Assembly: GCA_013115145.1 (NCBI GenBank)
Contig: JAAPAO010000093.1
Span: 16,817-80,816, forward strand
Source of the DNA: Perkinsus chesapeaki ATCC PRA-425
Lineage: Eukaryota; Protista; Perkinsozoa
Reading direction: 5' to 3'
Length of the DNA stretch: 64,000 nt
The translations under genes and the position numbers were made by a program. The notes beneath the pieces were generated by a model. The model searched no databases. It was given only the letters and a program-made list of their open reading frames with translations, and was not told the origin of the DNA. This document shows positions 1 through 17,408 of the stretch, piece by piece (position 1 is the stretch's first letter; each line of letters begins with the position of its first letter).

Positions 1-354
1 CTATCGAGTCGGGCATGCCCCGTAAAGCATCACGCAGCAGTGAGGCGGCGGCGCTACCGGCAACTCCTGCCTCGGTATGCCTCCATTCAGATTCCGCTGT
101 CGAACTACCGCGGGTTGTCGGACAGAGAGCTTCCACGTGAACTGGTGACCTCGCTTGTGATTTATTATTTTAGTCTGTCAGATTCATTAAAAGACGCCTC
201 GTTTACACTTCTCAAGACAGAAGGCGAAGCGCTGATGCCTTTTGGCCGCCACATGCCTGATATTCCCCTTGTGCTTATGCCTGAGGGTTGTGTTGTTAGT
301 TCACAAGTCGCGAGTAGAAGTAGTTGCCCGGAAGCAAGCCTTGTTAAGAGGCGG

Positions 355-826
355 GTGAGTTGAGTGAGATATTGAACTGGCGTTGAAGGCTGCTTGTTGC
401 AGCCGAACGGTGGTCGGTTGGGGCAACTGGACATAGTCTCCACGAGCAATCCTAGGGTTGTCGTACATGAATGTAAAGTGAAGGTCGATGGGATAACCAA
501 GTAGGGGAGAATGATCAGTGATATTCTTGAAGGATTCTGGTCAGGTACTTGGAGAATCACGAGTTCACGTTTGATCGGGCCTATTCGGAGCGTTGCGGCA
601 CTGGAGAGGTGTATTTATTAATGGAGGGCCATGATGTTATGGAATCCCTTTGTAGTTGTACAGAACATGCATTGAGGTGCCTGCGGAGGAGGTCCTCCAG
701 GAGGGCGGCCGGGAAGAGTGGGATGTGGCTAGTCGCTTTGCAGCGGCAAATAGGTTCTCAGTTCTTGCATACGGCCAGGCATACTTCTGAAACATCTACA
801 CGATGGTTCAGGTACAAGCTAAATTG
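355..826 (+). pseudogene. Degenerate partial duplicate of kinesin-13 motor-domain exons
   Basis: Close nucleotide match, introns included, to 4637-5110. The P-loop AYGQTGSGKTYTM reads AYGQAYF*NIYTM here, with an in-frame TGA at 788-790. The downstream motor exons are not seen. Confidence 0.85.
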
Positions 827-1903
827 ACAGATGTGAAACGTAAGGCTGTTAGTCACAGTTTGTTTCACGTTATCGGAACTGCATGACACCTTCGGCTGTG
901 CCGGGGTTTCTGGCTTTTGTGTTGGAGCAGTTGCCGGGTGAACTGCTCGAACATGCTAACGCTATTGAGATCTGTAGACTACCCGATTCCATCCTCCCAG
1001 GTGGTTGGTTGTCGATACCCGAAATTGGAGCCCGGAACCCGCGGCCCGTACACCGCGGTAGGGCTTGCAGTATGATACTGGCAATATCGTGGTACTTAGC
1101 ACTCGGCCGATCAGGCCATCGGCAGTCATAATCTAGCATCAGAGCATTAAACACTAGGCTAGCTGGGGAGCCGAGAATAGTCTGGTGGGGAGACGCTTCA
1201 CCAGAGCAGGAGGGTGTGGAAAATGGGAAGAATAACTACAACTCATTGAAGTTGAATGATCGAACAACCATTTCAATGAAAAGGCGAGATGCGGGAGGTG
1301 GGCGGGAGTCCAGCTCGCCCGCCCGACCTCATCGCACTCTAAAGAATCTACGTCACAAACCCGGCGGTAAACTTGGTCAACTACGTTGACCCTTTGTAGA
1401 ATTGTCTTTGCACTTAACAAGAGCCGTTTAAGGTGGTTCCAATAAAGTATTAATACATACAGTAATACGTACGGCGTAAAGGAGACAGCGCGCGCACTTG
1501 TGCGCGCTTGATTGTCAATCAAAGATAACGATTGTGTGCACATTTCATCAAACCCTTATTCAGAATAAGTTATTCTAATCCGCATTTATTGTTGTTTAAA
1601 ATGCTCTTGCATAGGCATTAACTCTCACATGTGTGAAAAGAACTCACTGAACACACTGCCATTAAGGTTTCGAGAAAATGCTGATTAATGAAGATGATAC
1701 TCTAACGACAACTACGTCCCCTCATGGGGAGCCTTCTTCCATTCACTCACTGTCCTGAGAACAGTGCTATCTCATAATGATATAGCCATAGATTGGCCTG
1801 ATTAGGAGCGGGCAAGTTTTACAGTTGCACGCAAGCTCCTGAACTACAGGCTTGTATATAGGAGTCCTATTATAGGACGGACTAAGACATCATTCGTAAA
1901 TAA

Positions 1904-2407
1904 TTAGATGATGTTGGTTCTGTAGATCATATAGTGACCCCAGAACCTAGGCCGAGCCAGTGCCACGGACACCGAGGACATTGGAGGAATATCGCGTTGT
2001 AGAGCTATAGCACAAGATGAGTAGACACCAACCAATACGTCCAGGTCTTCGTCATACAGTAGGTGGTCCAGATTCCCGTCGTCAGCTGGGCGGTCACAAC
2101 GCATGCCCTTAACTGAGTCTATGAATGCGACGTAGTCCTGCTGACTAGCTGCGTCGATTATAAAATCATTTGAGCTGGGCTCTTTGTAGTGGAGAATGAC
2201 CGAAGACTTCTCCTCACCCTCACATGTGACTTTCAGAATTACCGTTGGAGTTTTCGCAACTTGCCAGCTGACTGAAACAGCCGTTTGGCTTGTTGCATCT
2301 GGATAGCCTTTAAAGGTTCCCGTAGGGAATGGAATGCCGGGAAGGCCATCTTTGGATTCACCGATGGCCAAGCTGCAGAGAATGCTGAGAATAACGAGGA
2401 GGGGCAT
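1904..2407 (-). CDS. Intronless secreted orphan protein (family copy 1), about 167 aa
   Basis: The first in-frame ATG at 2407 gives the signal-peptide-like MPLLVILSILCSLAIG. It aligns with 6255-6677 (PTGxxxG, SVxWQ, LKVTCE, LHY, DYxxF, MxCDR). Confidence 0.8.
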   Translation of the reverse strand: MPLLVILSILCSLAIGESKDGLPGIPFPTGTFKGYPDATSQTAVSVSWQVAKTPTVILKVTCEGEEKSSVILHYKEPSSNDFIIDAASQQDYVAFIDSVKGMRCDRPADDGNLDHLLYDEDLDVLVGVYSSCAIALQRDIPPMSSVSVALARPRFWGHYMIYRTNII

Positions 2408-3968
2408 TATTGAGATGGTTGCACTGAATAAGTAGCGAAAGGATATGCTAATGGAAAGGCGGCTGCGGAAGGAAGTAACCGCGAAAACGCGCGTTGATAG
2501 AAATGTTTTCCACGTAATACGATCCACCGGATAGGGAACGACTCAACGGGAAAAGTTTGGTAGTGATACCTGCACTCGCCATAGCAGTAGGGATAAGTTT
2601 CAGAAAAGCCTGCAAGCTAAGTTAGCTAACCACGAGATTTAAACTTCGAACAGCTGTTCTGGCTCCAGCCAATAATGAGGGATGTACTCGTGGCGCACAC
2701 AAGGATTCCGGTAGCCTGCGAGGAGGACATTACTTGGGTGGTATATTGAAGGCTATATGATAACAAGATTCTCTGAGCTGAGGGCACAGACTCTCCGGCG
2801 GAGCAGGATCACAACAAGCCAATATTAAAAATAAGTTACAGTACGCGTCATCGAGAACGTCTAGAGTGTAAGATGACTCTCATGGGAAGGGGGATCCACC
2901 GGAGCCGCTCCAGTGGATCAAACAGGGTTTGACTAAAACGTGTGCGAACCCTAGTCCACTCGTCAACGCTGACAGCGTCGATTGTGCTACACTGCACGGG
3001 AAAGCTTTTAAGTGTGAACGCCGGGAACCAGCAGCTGAAAGAAGTACCTCATTCCAGTGCAAACGCGCTCAGTTACGAAGGGGAAAATGGGTGCAGGCGC
3101 GGAGACAATTCATTTGCTTGTTTTCGAGGTGTAGAGGTTGTGTCACGTACTTCTGTACGATAAGTGTCCCCGATATTCGGTTATATTTTTGCGAGAGTCG
3201 TAGAGTAAGCGTATTGGAGCATCGCCTACAGGTCCTGAAAGTTTCAGGGGATCTGTTGGGGCCGAGACAAACTATAGCAAATGCAAGGCTTTCATCAGCA
3301 ACTTGACCGTCCGACCCAAGCTCACTGGTAGGGTGTCCAGCTCGAGCCAAGCGGAGCTGGTCATGGTAGTAGTTTTCTGCGGGAATTCCCTGGCCCTAAG
3401 GCGGGCCCCGTATGATATGGTCGGGATACCAGCACCGGCCAGAACGCTAGTGTCAGTGAAGACTCTTAACTTCGCTCGTACACAGACTGTGTCCAAGTGT
3501 TCAACACCATTTCTTCCTTGCAACTTGGGCCACAACGAACAATTCTGATTTTACGGAGGGAGAAAAGGCCTACAGTAGGGTTTACCTTTCAGCGGACCAT
3601 TCAGGAATCAGGGCGGGCTTAACATTCTCAATTCCGCTCTTTGGATAGGCTAATCACAAGAACATGACGGAATGCGGTCGCGCTATGGACTCCGGCCTTC
3701 CGAGGAAGCAAGCACACAATGTTTTGCTAGCGATCCGCTATTAGTACTGCCACTATTACACCAACCACTACAGATTCTACGAGATACCTCCTTGTACAGC
3801 AGGACTAGGATGGCTATTGTGACTGTGTCTTTTGAGCCTTCTATGAGCCTCTTTATACAGCCTCACGTGCATGAGATGCTTTTTCAATTGGGCCCTTGTG
3901 TGAATCTCCATGACTTGCGTCGTCAGTTCAGTTCTCACGGCACCGGAGTGAGCGATTCTTGCAGTATC

Positions 3969-9367
<5,399 letters not shown>

Positions 9368-9709
9368 GCAGAGGATAAACGAGAAGGTATGTCTGCTCTC
9401 TAATGAGAGGTGCTGCTGCTGGGAGGACTTTTTGTGCTTCAGCCTCAGGTGAAATCAAGCTAAGATATTCACCAAACATATCTCCGCTGCGTTGTGTGGC
9501 ACTGTCTCCCCATAACCGCTCAGACAAACCCAGAGATTTTTCCTAATAGAGATTCTATTATTTAAAAATGCACATGCACGGCGAGTTAAAGAGCGTTGTC
9601 ACATTTCGGTCGCTGCATATGTTTGGTTAGTTCGCTCCTCGCCAGTGGTACACAGTTCTGATTTCCGCTATTCAGTTTCAGTTGATTTATTGTGATATTT
9701 ATTTGAAAG

Positions 9710-10550
9710 ATGCCTTCCGTATTGGTTGCTGTTGCTAACGACTCCGAGGAGATCGAATTTAACGCTATAGTTGATGTTCTCGTTCGCGGCGGTTGCAAGG
9801 TTACCATAGCGTGCCCTGGTCGCGATCGTAATGTGAAGCTCAGCAGAGGCGTACATGTCGTGGCTGATATGACACTGGAACAGGTAGCGTGTTTTAGCGT
9901 ACAACGGCTGCTTGTTAGTCTTTACTCAGGCCTCTGAGATGCAGTTCGATATGATCGCCTGTCCTGGTGGTATGCCCGGTGCCAAGTACCTGGGCGAAGA
10001 TGCCTTCCTCTCCACTATGTTAAGGGTAAGACCCGATGTTGGTGACGATTAGGATTATTGCTCTTCTGTTCTCAGACCCAACATAATGAGGGCAAATGGG
10101 TCGCTGCAATTTGCGCTTCTCCTGCGGTTGTTCTCGCCCCCAATGGAATTTTGGATGATGTAAGCTTCGAGGGGCTTACCTTACGATTCTCTTAGGATTC
10201 CAAGGTTCTCGCTCTTCGATCAGGTTGAAAAGTGTACTTGCTACGACTCACCTGCATTCCGTGATGTCATCTCTGACAAGTTGAGCCCTGAGCGCGTTGT
10301 CGTTTCCAACAAGGTAGCTACGTTATGCTAGAGCGAATTGTACCATCATATTCGAATTCGACAGGTTATCACCAGTATTGGACCCGGCTCCGCCATCGAG
10401 TTTGGTCTCGAGTGCTTAGCCCGCCTTCAAGGTCGTGATAAGGCTGTAAGTACAGATATCCTCTCCGCTAAACGTTCATTGGATCCTGAGCGTTTGAAAT
10501 CTGTGCTGTTTCCAGGTTGCTGTTGCAAAGGGCCTCCTTGTTACCCCTGA
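9710..10550 (+). CDS. PARK7: DJ-1/PfpI (YajL/ThiJ) family protein, multi-exon
   Basis: MPSVLVAVANDSEEIEF, FDMIACPGGMPGA, catalytic AAICASP, VITSIGPGSAIEFGL, ending VAVAKGLLVTP*. Confidence 0.93.
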
Positions 10551-10905
10551 TGTTCTCAAGCAACTCGAAACTGCCGAGAAGAAGCACTAGAGGAGATCTT
10601 CATTGACATCGTCAGCATATAGACTATTGTGAATCTTATTCCCTTATGTGGTTCTCATTTCATCTATCCTCTTGAGTTCTTTAAGTGGTATCGTGGGTCA
10701 TAGCTGCTGAAGTTGACTAGAGGAATACGTATGCAGTTGACCCTGCTGTTGCAGTAGTAGGCAGCTGCTCGGTAAGGGTAACGTTGTTTACTATATCGTC
10801 TCTTGAGCTAAAATCAGCACAAAGGCTTGATGGGAGGCAGGCTAGTTCTGGGAATTGACATGCTTTTTCTAGGCTCGTTTTAATGGTGCATCGCACTTCG
10901 TCTCA

Positions 10906-11106
10906 TTGTGGTAGGTGGTATGGACATGGCACTGAATACACAGTCTGGGCGCTTTGTGGTGCTGAACAACTGTAGATGCCTAACCCGATATCCGGATAAT
11001 GATCCACATAAATTATCACGAGGGAAGCTCGTAGAGTCGGAGGCCTTAGAAAAACAGGAAAGGGGACAACCCAATCACTGAAATGGACACAAACTGATAA
11101 ATAGGC
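10906..11106 (+). pseudogene. Orphan duplicate of TANGO2 exon 2 and adjacent intron
   Basis: 10906-11185 is near-identical to 12263-12542. No TANGO2 exon 1 (MCIL...NRDE) precedes it. Confidence 0.85.
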
Positions 11107-11178
11107 TTCCACGGCCGAGAATTGAACTCGGGTCTCCTGCGTGACAGGCAGGAATACTAACCTCTATACTACCGCGGA
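11107..11178 (-). tRNA. tRNA-Asp (anticodon GTC), copy 1
   Basis: The reverse complement reads TCCGCGG TA GTATAGAGGTTAGTAT T CCTGC-CT-GTC-AC-GCAGG AGAC CCGAG-TTCAATT-CTCGG CCGTGGA A. Confidence 0.95.
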
Positions 11179-11496
11179 TCTCATATTCATGTACCTTTGG
11201 CACGGTCTGTCATGCTAATGTTTACGTCACGTCACGCTGCAAATTCGTCCTGCCGTATGCTCCACCTGCATTATTTGGAACGTTTGCCACATATTGCTTT
11301 CCTCATCAGCTCTTGATCTTCCTGTTGGAACAACGTTTCGCAGCGGCCTAGGTGTTGCAAGTGAAGCAAAGAATGCGAAGTCGTCGCTGAGTTTGAGTCC
11401 CTGGCGCGCGGCTGTCTCCATTGGAGACTCTTTAAGCAGGTCCCGTCCTTTTGCTGTAGTCAACTCCGTCCAATTTCGATTAGAATGATCATGGTA

Positions 11497-11727
11497 AGGT
11501 TATCGCCAGTATTGGGAACGACTCCGACATCGAGTTCGTCGCGAGTGCTCGGTCACCCTTCAGGATCGTGACAAGTCTGCAAGTACATGTGCCTCCTCCG
11601 CAGAACGCTCTTTGGCACATGTTCGACACTCATTGCCTCCCTACCATCCTTAGGTTTCAGGTGGACAGGGCTTCGTTACCCTGATGTAGTAAGAAGTTCG
11701 AAACTCTCGAGACGGAGGACTAAAGGC
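11497..11727 (+). pseudogene. Degenerate duplicate of the DJ-1 3' end
   Basis: Colinear similarity to ~10365-10590 (ggttatcgccagtattgg vs ggttatcaccagtattgg; cttcgttaccctgatg vs ccttgttacccctgatg; tcgaaact), with indels. Confidence 0.7.
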
Positions 11728-12020
11728 GATTTTTTAGACCGCTTGACTAAAGCGACTGTTCCGGAGCATATAGACTTGCTCAAGATTATTTTTCTATGTG
11801 AATTAAAGTTATCATGTTTTGATCATTTGAGTTAATCATTGTGTGCGACATGATAACTACGTTGGTCAACAATGAAGGTCGCTGAGATCCAGGCACACTA
11901 CGTTGTCGTATTATACAGTGATTAAATAAAGCCTTTGCGGTGAACGAACATCTCAGTAGTAGACGTTTTTTCTCACCCTAATATTGGCCTATAATCCGTC
12001 GACGGGCGTTTATCCTGACA

Positions 12021-13561
12021 ATGTGTATTTTACTCGCACTTCGTCCGGCTGGTCCAACTGTGCGCTTCCCCCTCATCATTGCCCACAATCGTGATGAACT
12101 CCGCTGTAGACGAACTGGCGAGCTTGCTGTGGAGGCTTCGACAGGGTTATGTTGTGCAAGAGACTTCCAAGGAGGTAGCAGAGCTAGCATTATTTCACGG
12201 CGCTTATCGGTGGTGCGCCGCCGCACTCGGGCCCTTGGTCAGACTTACTCTATATTTTAACGTTGTGGTAGGTGGTATGGACATGGCACTGAATACACAG
12301 TCTGGGCGCTTTGTGGTGCTGAACAACTGTAGATGCCTAACCCGATATCCGGATAATGATCCACATAAATTATCACGAGGGAAGCTCGTAGAGTCGGAGG
12401 CCTTAGAAAAACAGGAAAGGGGACAACCCAATCACTGTAATGGACACAAACTGATAAATAGGTTTCCACGGCCGAGAATTGAACTCGGGTCTCCTGCGTG
12501 ACAGGCAGGAATACTAACCTCTATACTACCGCGGATCTGATATTACATTCATTTCGGGTGGCTCTTCCGTATGAATTTTTTCACGTCACGTTCGCCCAGA
12601 ATCCAGCTGCCGTTTTCCAAGCTTACGTCACAAACATGTTCGTAATGTATGATTCCAGATGATCCCTACTACTTGTTCTCTGTTGCTACAACATTTACAG
12701 CGGTGCCCATATTCCAAGTAAAACGGCATGTACCCAAACATCCTGCCTCGAACATAGATTCTGTGGAGTGGGATGAGTCAACTGTGGTTCCCGAAGATGA
12801 AGGTAATTATTGCTCCTCCACTTAACGCCACACACGCCTGTCAAAGTGCCTTGGATTTGTTCAGTTGTTGTAAAGTCTAACGAGGTGGGCTGGTCTGAGC
12901 ATCCTTGGCCTAAGTCAGAGTTCCTGAGGGAGTGTGGTCTGGATCTCATCGCTGGCCTTCGTGGCAAGCCGTCCGTGGATGAAGCAGCTGCCGCGGTGAT
13001 GGCAGCAATGTCCCACTCCGAACCCGTCTGCAGCAGAGGTAGCTCGTGAAACTCTAACTTTGCACCAATGATGTTTACTCAGAGCAATGGAGGGCGACGC
13101 CCTCAGATATCGCATCGTGGTCGCCAGATTCAGCACGCGAGTGGTGGATAGTTCAGGCCCCGTTTCTTGCCAGCACCAAGGAATTCTCTGCGTATGTCAT
13201 CATTTCATTCATTGTGCCATGCAGTGTGAACTCCTGCTTGCCCGTGCTGTCACTATTGCCGAATACTGATGTCATAACCGTACAAAATCCACCTAAAGGC
13301 TGTTTCCCACGGTGTCACGAGACGCGACATTACTACGTCACCGCACAGCTCGTGGGCGAGCGCAATCCATTACATTCGCTCCCGTCCCCTGATCATAGCT
13401 ACCATGCTACCAGTGTTAGGTACGGTACAGTCTCCCAGACGCTACTCATGGTTGACCGCGAACTGCGTGCGACACATCTGTGGATGCGGCCGGTCACCGT
13501 GGACGAGGACTCGAGAAGCGTCCTCGGTGATTGGACTAAGTTCCACTTCCCTTGGCCTTAG
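12021..13561 (+). CDS. TANGO2: Transport and Golgi organization 2 (NRDE/DUF833) family protein, multi-exon
   Basis: N-terminal MCIL...LIIAHNRDE, then SRGKLV, SNEVGWSEHPWPK and YGTVSQT, ending KFHFPWP*. Confidence 0.9.
12464..12535 (-). tRNA. tRNA-Asp (anticodon GTC), copy 2, antisense in a TANGO2 intron
   Basis: Identical body to 11107-11178. Confidence 0.95.
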
Positions 13562-13912
13562 CACATCCCGATATTCATTTTTATTATCTTCTAACTTTCA
13601 TGGTACCACAGTTCTTTCTTGAGTTGCTTGTGGCGTGAGATTGAGAATAAATCTCTCGAAGAGTGAGGCATGCCTTCCGGCTTTCGGAATACAGCAGGAG
13701 GAGGACCATCGTGAGGCGTGGATTTTTCTTTGAGCAAAAGGATGTGGCTCATCAACCCGAGGACAGATTCCCTATGACTTCAATTGATCCTTCGGGGCTT
13801 GCTTTTATTGTTGCATCTTAACAATAGAGAGGTGTTTGGGAAATGTAACCGTCACAATCTTCGAAGTTACTAACCATCTCGCCTTCGCTCAGTATCCTCT
13901 GTTCTCCTTCAA

Positions 13913-14398
13913 ATGCCCGTCGTGTTCGTGAGAGAACATACAAGAGGTTGTTGCGCCTGGTACGGCAACTTTCTTTGGATCCTTCTGGCTGGATGGTACA
14001 CCGCTCTCATCTGGCTGGCTTTCGCCATCATCCTCTGTATAACCATCGTGGGGATACCCTTCGGCAAGCAGTGCTGGAAGATGGCAAAGCTGTCATTCCT
14101 ACCGTTTGGCTACGAGGTGGGCTATCTGTGAAAGCTCACAATATCGCATTTTCTATTTCAGGTACGAAGCAAGGCTGAACCAACGTGTGGCCATTGCTGT
14201 AGTTGTTGTTGCAATGTCCTTTGGTTTATTCCCGGATTAATTATCGCCCTCTTCTATGTGCTGGCATCACTGCTTTTTTTCATAACCATAATCGGGATCC
14301 CATTCGGCATACAGTGCTGTAAATTAGCCCGTCTTGCACTCACCCCATTCGGTTACGAAGCAACCCTGCCGAAGACAGTGGTTGTGTCGAGCGTTTGA
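13913..14398 (+). CDS. Stand-alone YccF (DUF307) double-repeat membrane protein, tandem copy 1 (2 exons)
   Basis: NFLWILLAGWYTALIW...CITIVGIPFGKQCWKMAKLSFLPFG, then an intron, then CCSCCCNVLWFIPG...GIPFGIQCCKLARLALTPFG. Confidence 0.9.
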
Positions 14399-14932
14399 TC
14401 GGCTCGTAAGCACATTCGAGGAGACAGCAGTTGTGTCGCTGAGGTTGAGGCCTCATAGCTAAGTTGCACGCAAACCTGATCTTATCCTTCTTCGGTACTC
14501 GTACGTACATTGCCATCCCTCTCAACCCTTTCCTCTCATTGACCACAGATATCTCGCGCCGTGTTGAGTTACCGTGTAAGTCGTTCATTCAGTCGCACAT
14601 TCGCCCGGGACAAAGGCTGCGCAGCTACGTGAACTCACTCCACGTGAGTCCAACCCTTTCGAACCACACTGTAAGGCGCTATGGTTTTGCTTTATTTCAG
14701 CGATTGGCTCGCTGATAGACTCTCACCGATTTAACTTATCCAGCGAGTAATTCAAATCACGGAAGATATGTTATCGTCTTGTGTCATTTTGTGTCGTACC
14801 TGTCCACATCGTCGTCCCCTTCGCGACCTAGCTGTGGCCCCTGCGTGATGACAGTTAGCGAAGGCTAACTTCTTGTGCGCTAGCATCGAATATTTATTAG
14901 TTATTTTCATATCCATTACTGTTATTTGAATC

Positions 14933-15441
14933 ATGACAGAGATAGTCGTCAGTCAAGAGCAAGCCAGAGGTTGCTGCGCAGGTTTTGGCAACTTCCTCTG
15001 GATAATTTTAGCTGGCTGGTACACAGCCCTCATTTGGTTCCTTCTCTCTGCTATCCTATGCATAACAATAGTGGGAATACCGTGGGGAAAGCAATGCTGG
15101 AAAATGGCCAAACTATCATTCTTGCCGTTTGGCTACGAGGTACAACACGTCACACCGCGTTGTAGACACCAAATTTCCCTCGGCGAAATTACAACTACTC
15201 TCTTCTTCTTCAGGTGCGCGAAAAAGAGGATGCAGGCTGCTGTGGTTGTTTCTGCAATTGTCTGTGGTTTATTCCCGGTCTGATCATTGCGATATTCTAC
15301 GTGCTAGCCTCGTGCATATTCTTCGTAACGATTGTCGGGATTCCCTTTGGTATCCAATGCTGCAAGCTCGCCGGTTTAGCCTTCAGCCCCTTTGGTCATG
15401 AGGTTGTGGTTCCTAGTACAGTTCAAGTGGTTGACGTTTAA
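14933..15441 (+). CDS. YccF-domain membrane protein, tandem copy 2 (2 exons)
   Basis: Same two repeats and same intron position as copy 1. Confidence 0.9.
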
Positions 15442-15826
15442 ATGCAGCGTTTTATCTGTTAAGCTATTTTGTATCACAGGGCTTATTTCTCTCTTCGCTT
15501 GTGATTCACTGGCATTCCTAAATACAACTATGATTCTTCGTATTTCGCTCAAAGGAGCGACTCAGCAACGCAGCTAATCTGCACTTTCCACACAACTCAA
15601 AGCCTCGTGTTTGGGGTGTTAATGTTCGTGAATATACCCGGGTTATTGCATACGTTGCATTTCGCGATGGCAGAGATCACTGCCATTTTACAAAATCGAG
15701 TGGTTCACTTCTGCATCACAGTTGAGGATGGACAGTAACAAGTGCTTCAACCCGTGAGCCGTTGATTGGGACAATGGTTGTGTCGAAGTGGCATCGTTCG
15801 TTTAGTTTATATATCTTCCCCTTGTA

Positions 15827-16407
15827 ATGAGTTCGTCTTCAAGCAGTGATAGTTCAGAAGGTGAAACGTTCCACGTAGAACGGCGCCGTGGGTGGGCAGC
15901 TTGGGTATGTAACCTATTATGGATATTGAGTGGTTCATTCTTTCCTGCCCTTCTTTGGTTTGCCTTGGCGCTGCTGTTGTGTATATCTATCGTCGGCATA
16001 CCGTTCGGCGTTCAGTGCTATAAAATGGGGAAACTGGCGCTTCTGCCCTTTGGATACAAGGTAGGCTTTCTTGGCGCGCTCTGCACTTTGGTCTCTCTAG
16101 CGTGGCGTTGCAGCTGCTCGCCAAGCTAGCGTGGCATAACTCTAACGTTGACGTGCAAACTATTTGCGATCAGGTTGTCGATAAGGGCGGAATTCTTTGC
16201 TGTGGAATCGATTGGTTGTGTAATTGTATATGGTGGATTCCTGGACTCTTAATTGCCGCTTTTGAGGTTATCTGTGCTGTAATATCATTCATCTCTATTA
16301 TCGGTATACCCTTCGGTATGCAACACTGTAAGCTTGCAAGGCTGTCGATGCACCCATTCGGACTCGAAATTCAAGTGCGCCGTGAAGTGCAAGTTCAAGA
16401 CGTGTGA
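15827..16407 (+). CDS. YccF-domain membrane protein, tandem copy 3 (2 exons, most divergent)
   Basis: CNLLWILSGS...GIPFGVQCYKMGKLALLPFG and CNCIWWIPG...GIPFGMQHCKLARLSMHPFG. Confidence 0.88.
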
Positions 16408-16532
16408 GCTCATCAGTTTCGACATTCTGTTCGGCAATTGTATTTACTTCGCTTAACTTAGGGTTTCAAAATCGTGTTCGTCTTCTCGTTAAAGTTGTCG
16501 GGCACGCGTCCAATTCAAGTTGTATTTTTCAC

Positions 16533-17021
16533 ATGGCTGAAGCTTTCAAGGTTGAAGATCGCAGAGGCTGTGGCCATTGGACCTGCAATGTTCTGTGGAT
16601 ATTGAGCGGCGGCTGGGTAGCCGCCCTTTGGTGGCTCCTTTTCGCATGCATCTTCTGTATCACCATCATTGGTATCCCGTGCGGCATCCAGTGCTTCAAG
16701 ATGGCAAAGCTGTCATTCATACCATTTGGCTACCGAGTAAGTTATTTACTTTTGTTCTCCCAGCAATGTTTTTCGTCTCAGGTTGAAGATAAGGGTAGCT
16801 CACCGTGCTGTGCCTGCCACTGTCTTGGTAACTGCCTCTGGTTCATCCCTGGTTTAATAATCGCCATCTTTAATATAATTTCCGCTATTCTTTGTTTCAT
16901 TTCTATAATCGGCATTCCGTTTGGAATACAGTATTGTAAGCTGGCCAGACTAGCCTTCTCTCCATTCGGTTTGGAAGTCACTGCCGACAAGGTTGTCGCT
17001 GTTGAAGTCGTCAACGTATAG
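16533..17021 (+). CDS. YccF-domain membrane protein, tandem copy 4 (2 exons)
   Basis: ATG at 16533 (MAEAFKVEDRR), two YccF repeats, and an in-frame intron at the conserved position. Confidence 0.9.
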   Translation: MAEAFKVEDRRGCGHWTCNVLWILSGGWVAALWWLLFACIFCITIIGIPCGIQCFKMAKLSFIPFGYRVSYLLLFSQQCFSSQVEDKGSSPCCACHCLGNCLWFIPGLIIAIFNIISAILCFISIIGIPFGIQYCKLARLAFSPFGLEVTADKVVAVEVVNV

Positions 17022-17408
17022 TCTGTCGTCAGTGTACTCCAACAATTGATTCTAATTATTTCCTTATTCGATTGTAGCTTTTCTTTTGTAATTCGAGAAA
17101 TCAGTCAAACTATACTTCCTGTAGCGTTGTGTTTTTTGCAAGTTCCGTGGGCACCAGAAGTCACCTTTGCAAGCTTGACCTTTGTTCATCGAAGGCAGTC
17201 ACTAAAAGCTTTTGATTTTCCGCCAGGTCACCTCAGTTCCCTATTACTAAGTCAATAGCATTTGACCTTACTGCGGTTCCTTGCTGGTGGATAAACCGAA
17301 AACTTATTGAAAATTTATGATAGGGTTTTTGCACCTTGTATTGTGGGTTCAATGTCATTCAACGCAAGACCATTGTAACGCGTGAAACGAATTAAAATAG
17401 CTTCATAT

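Noticed and set aside
788-790. In-frame TGA as selenocysteine or readthrough in the kinesin copy
   Set aside because: The surrounding P-loop residues are also destroyed, which is better explained by pseudogene decay.
2860-3660. Overlapping short ORFs as a transposon or retroelement remnant
   Set aside because: No RT, integrase or transposase motif recognised, and no terminal repeats.
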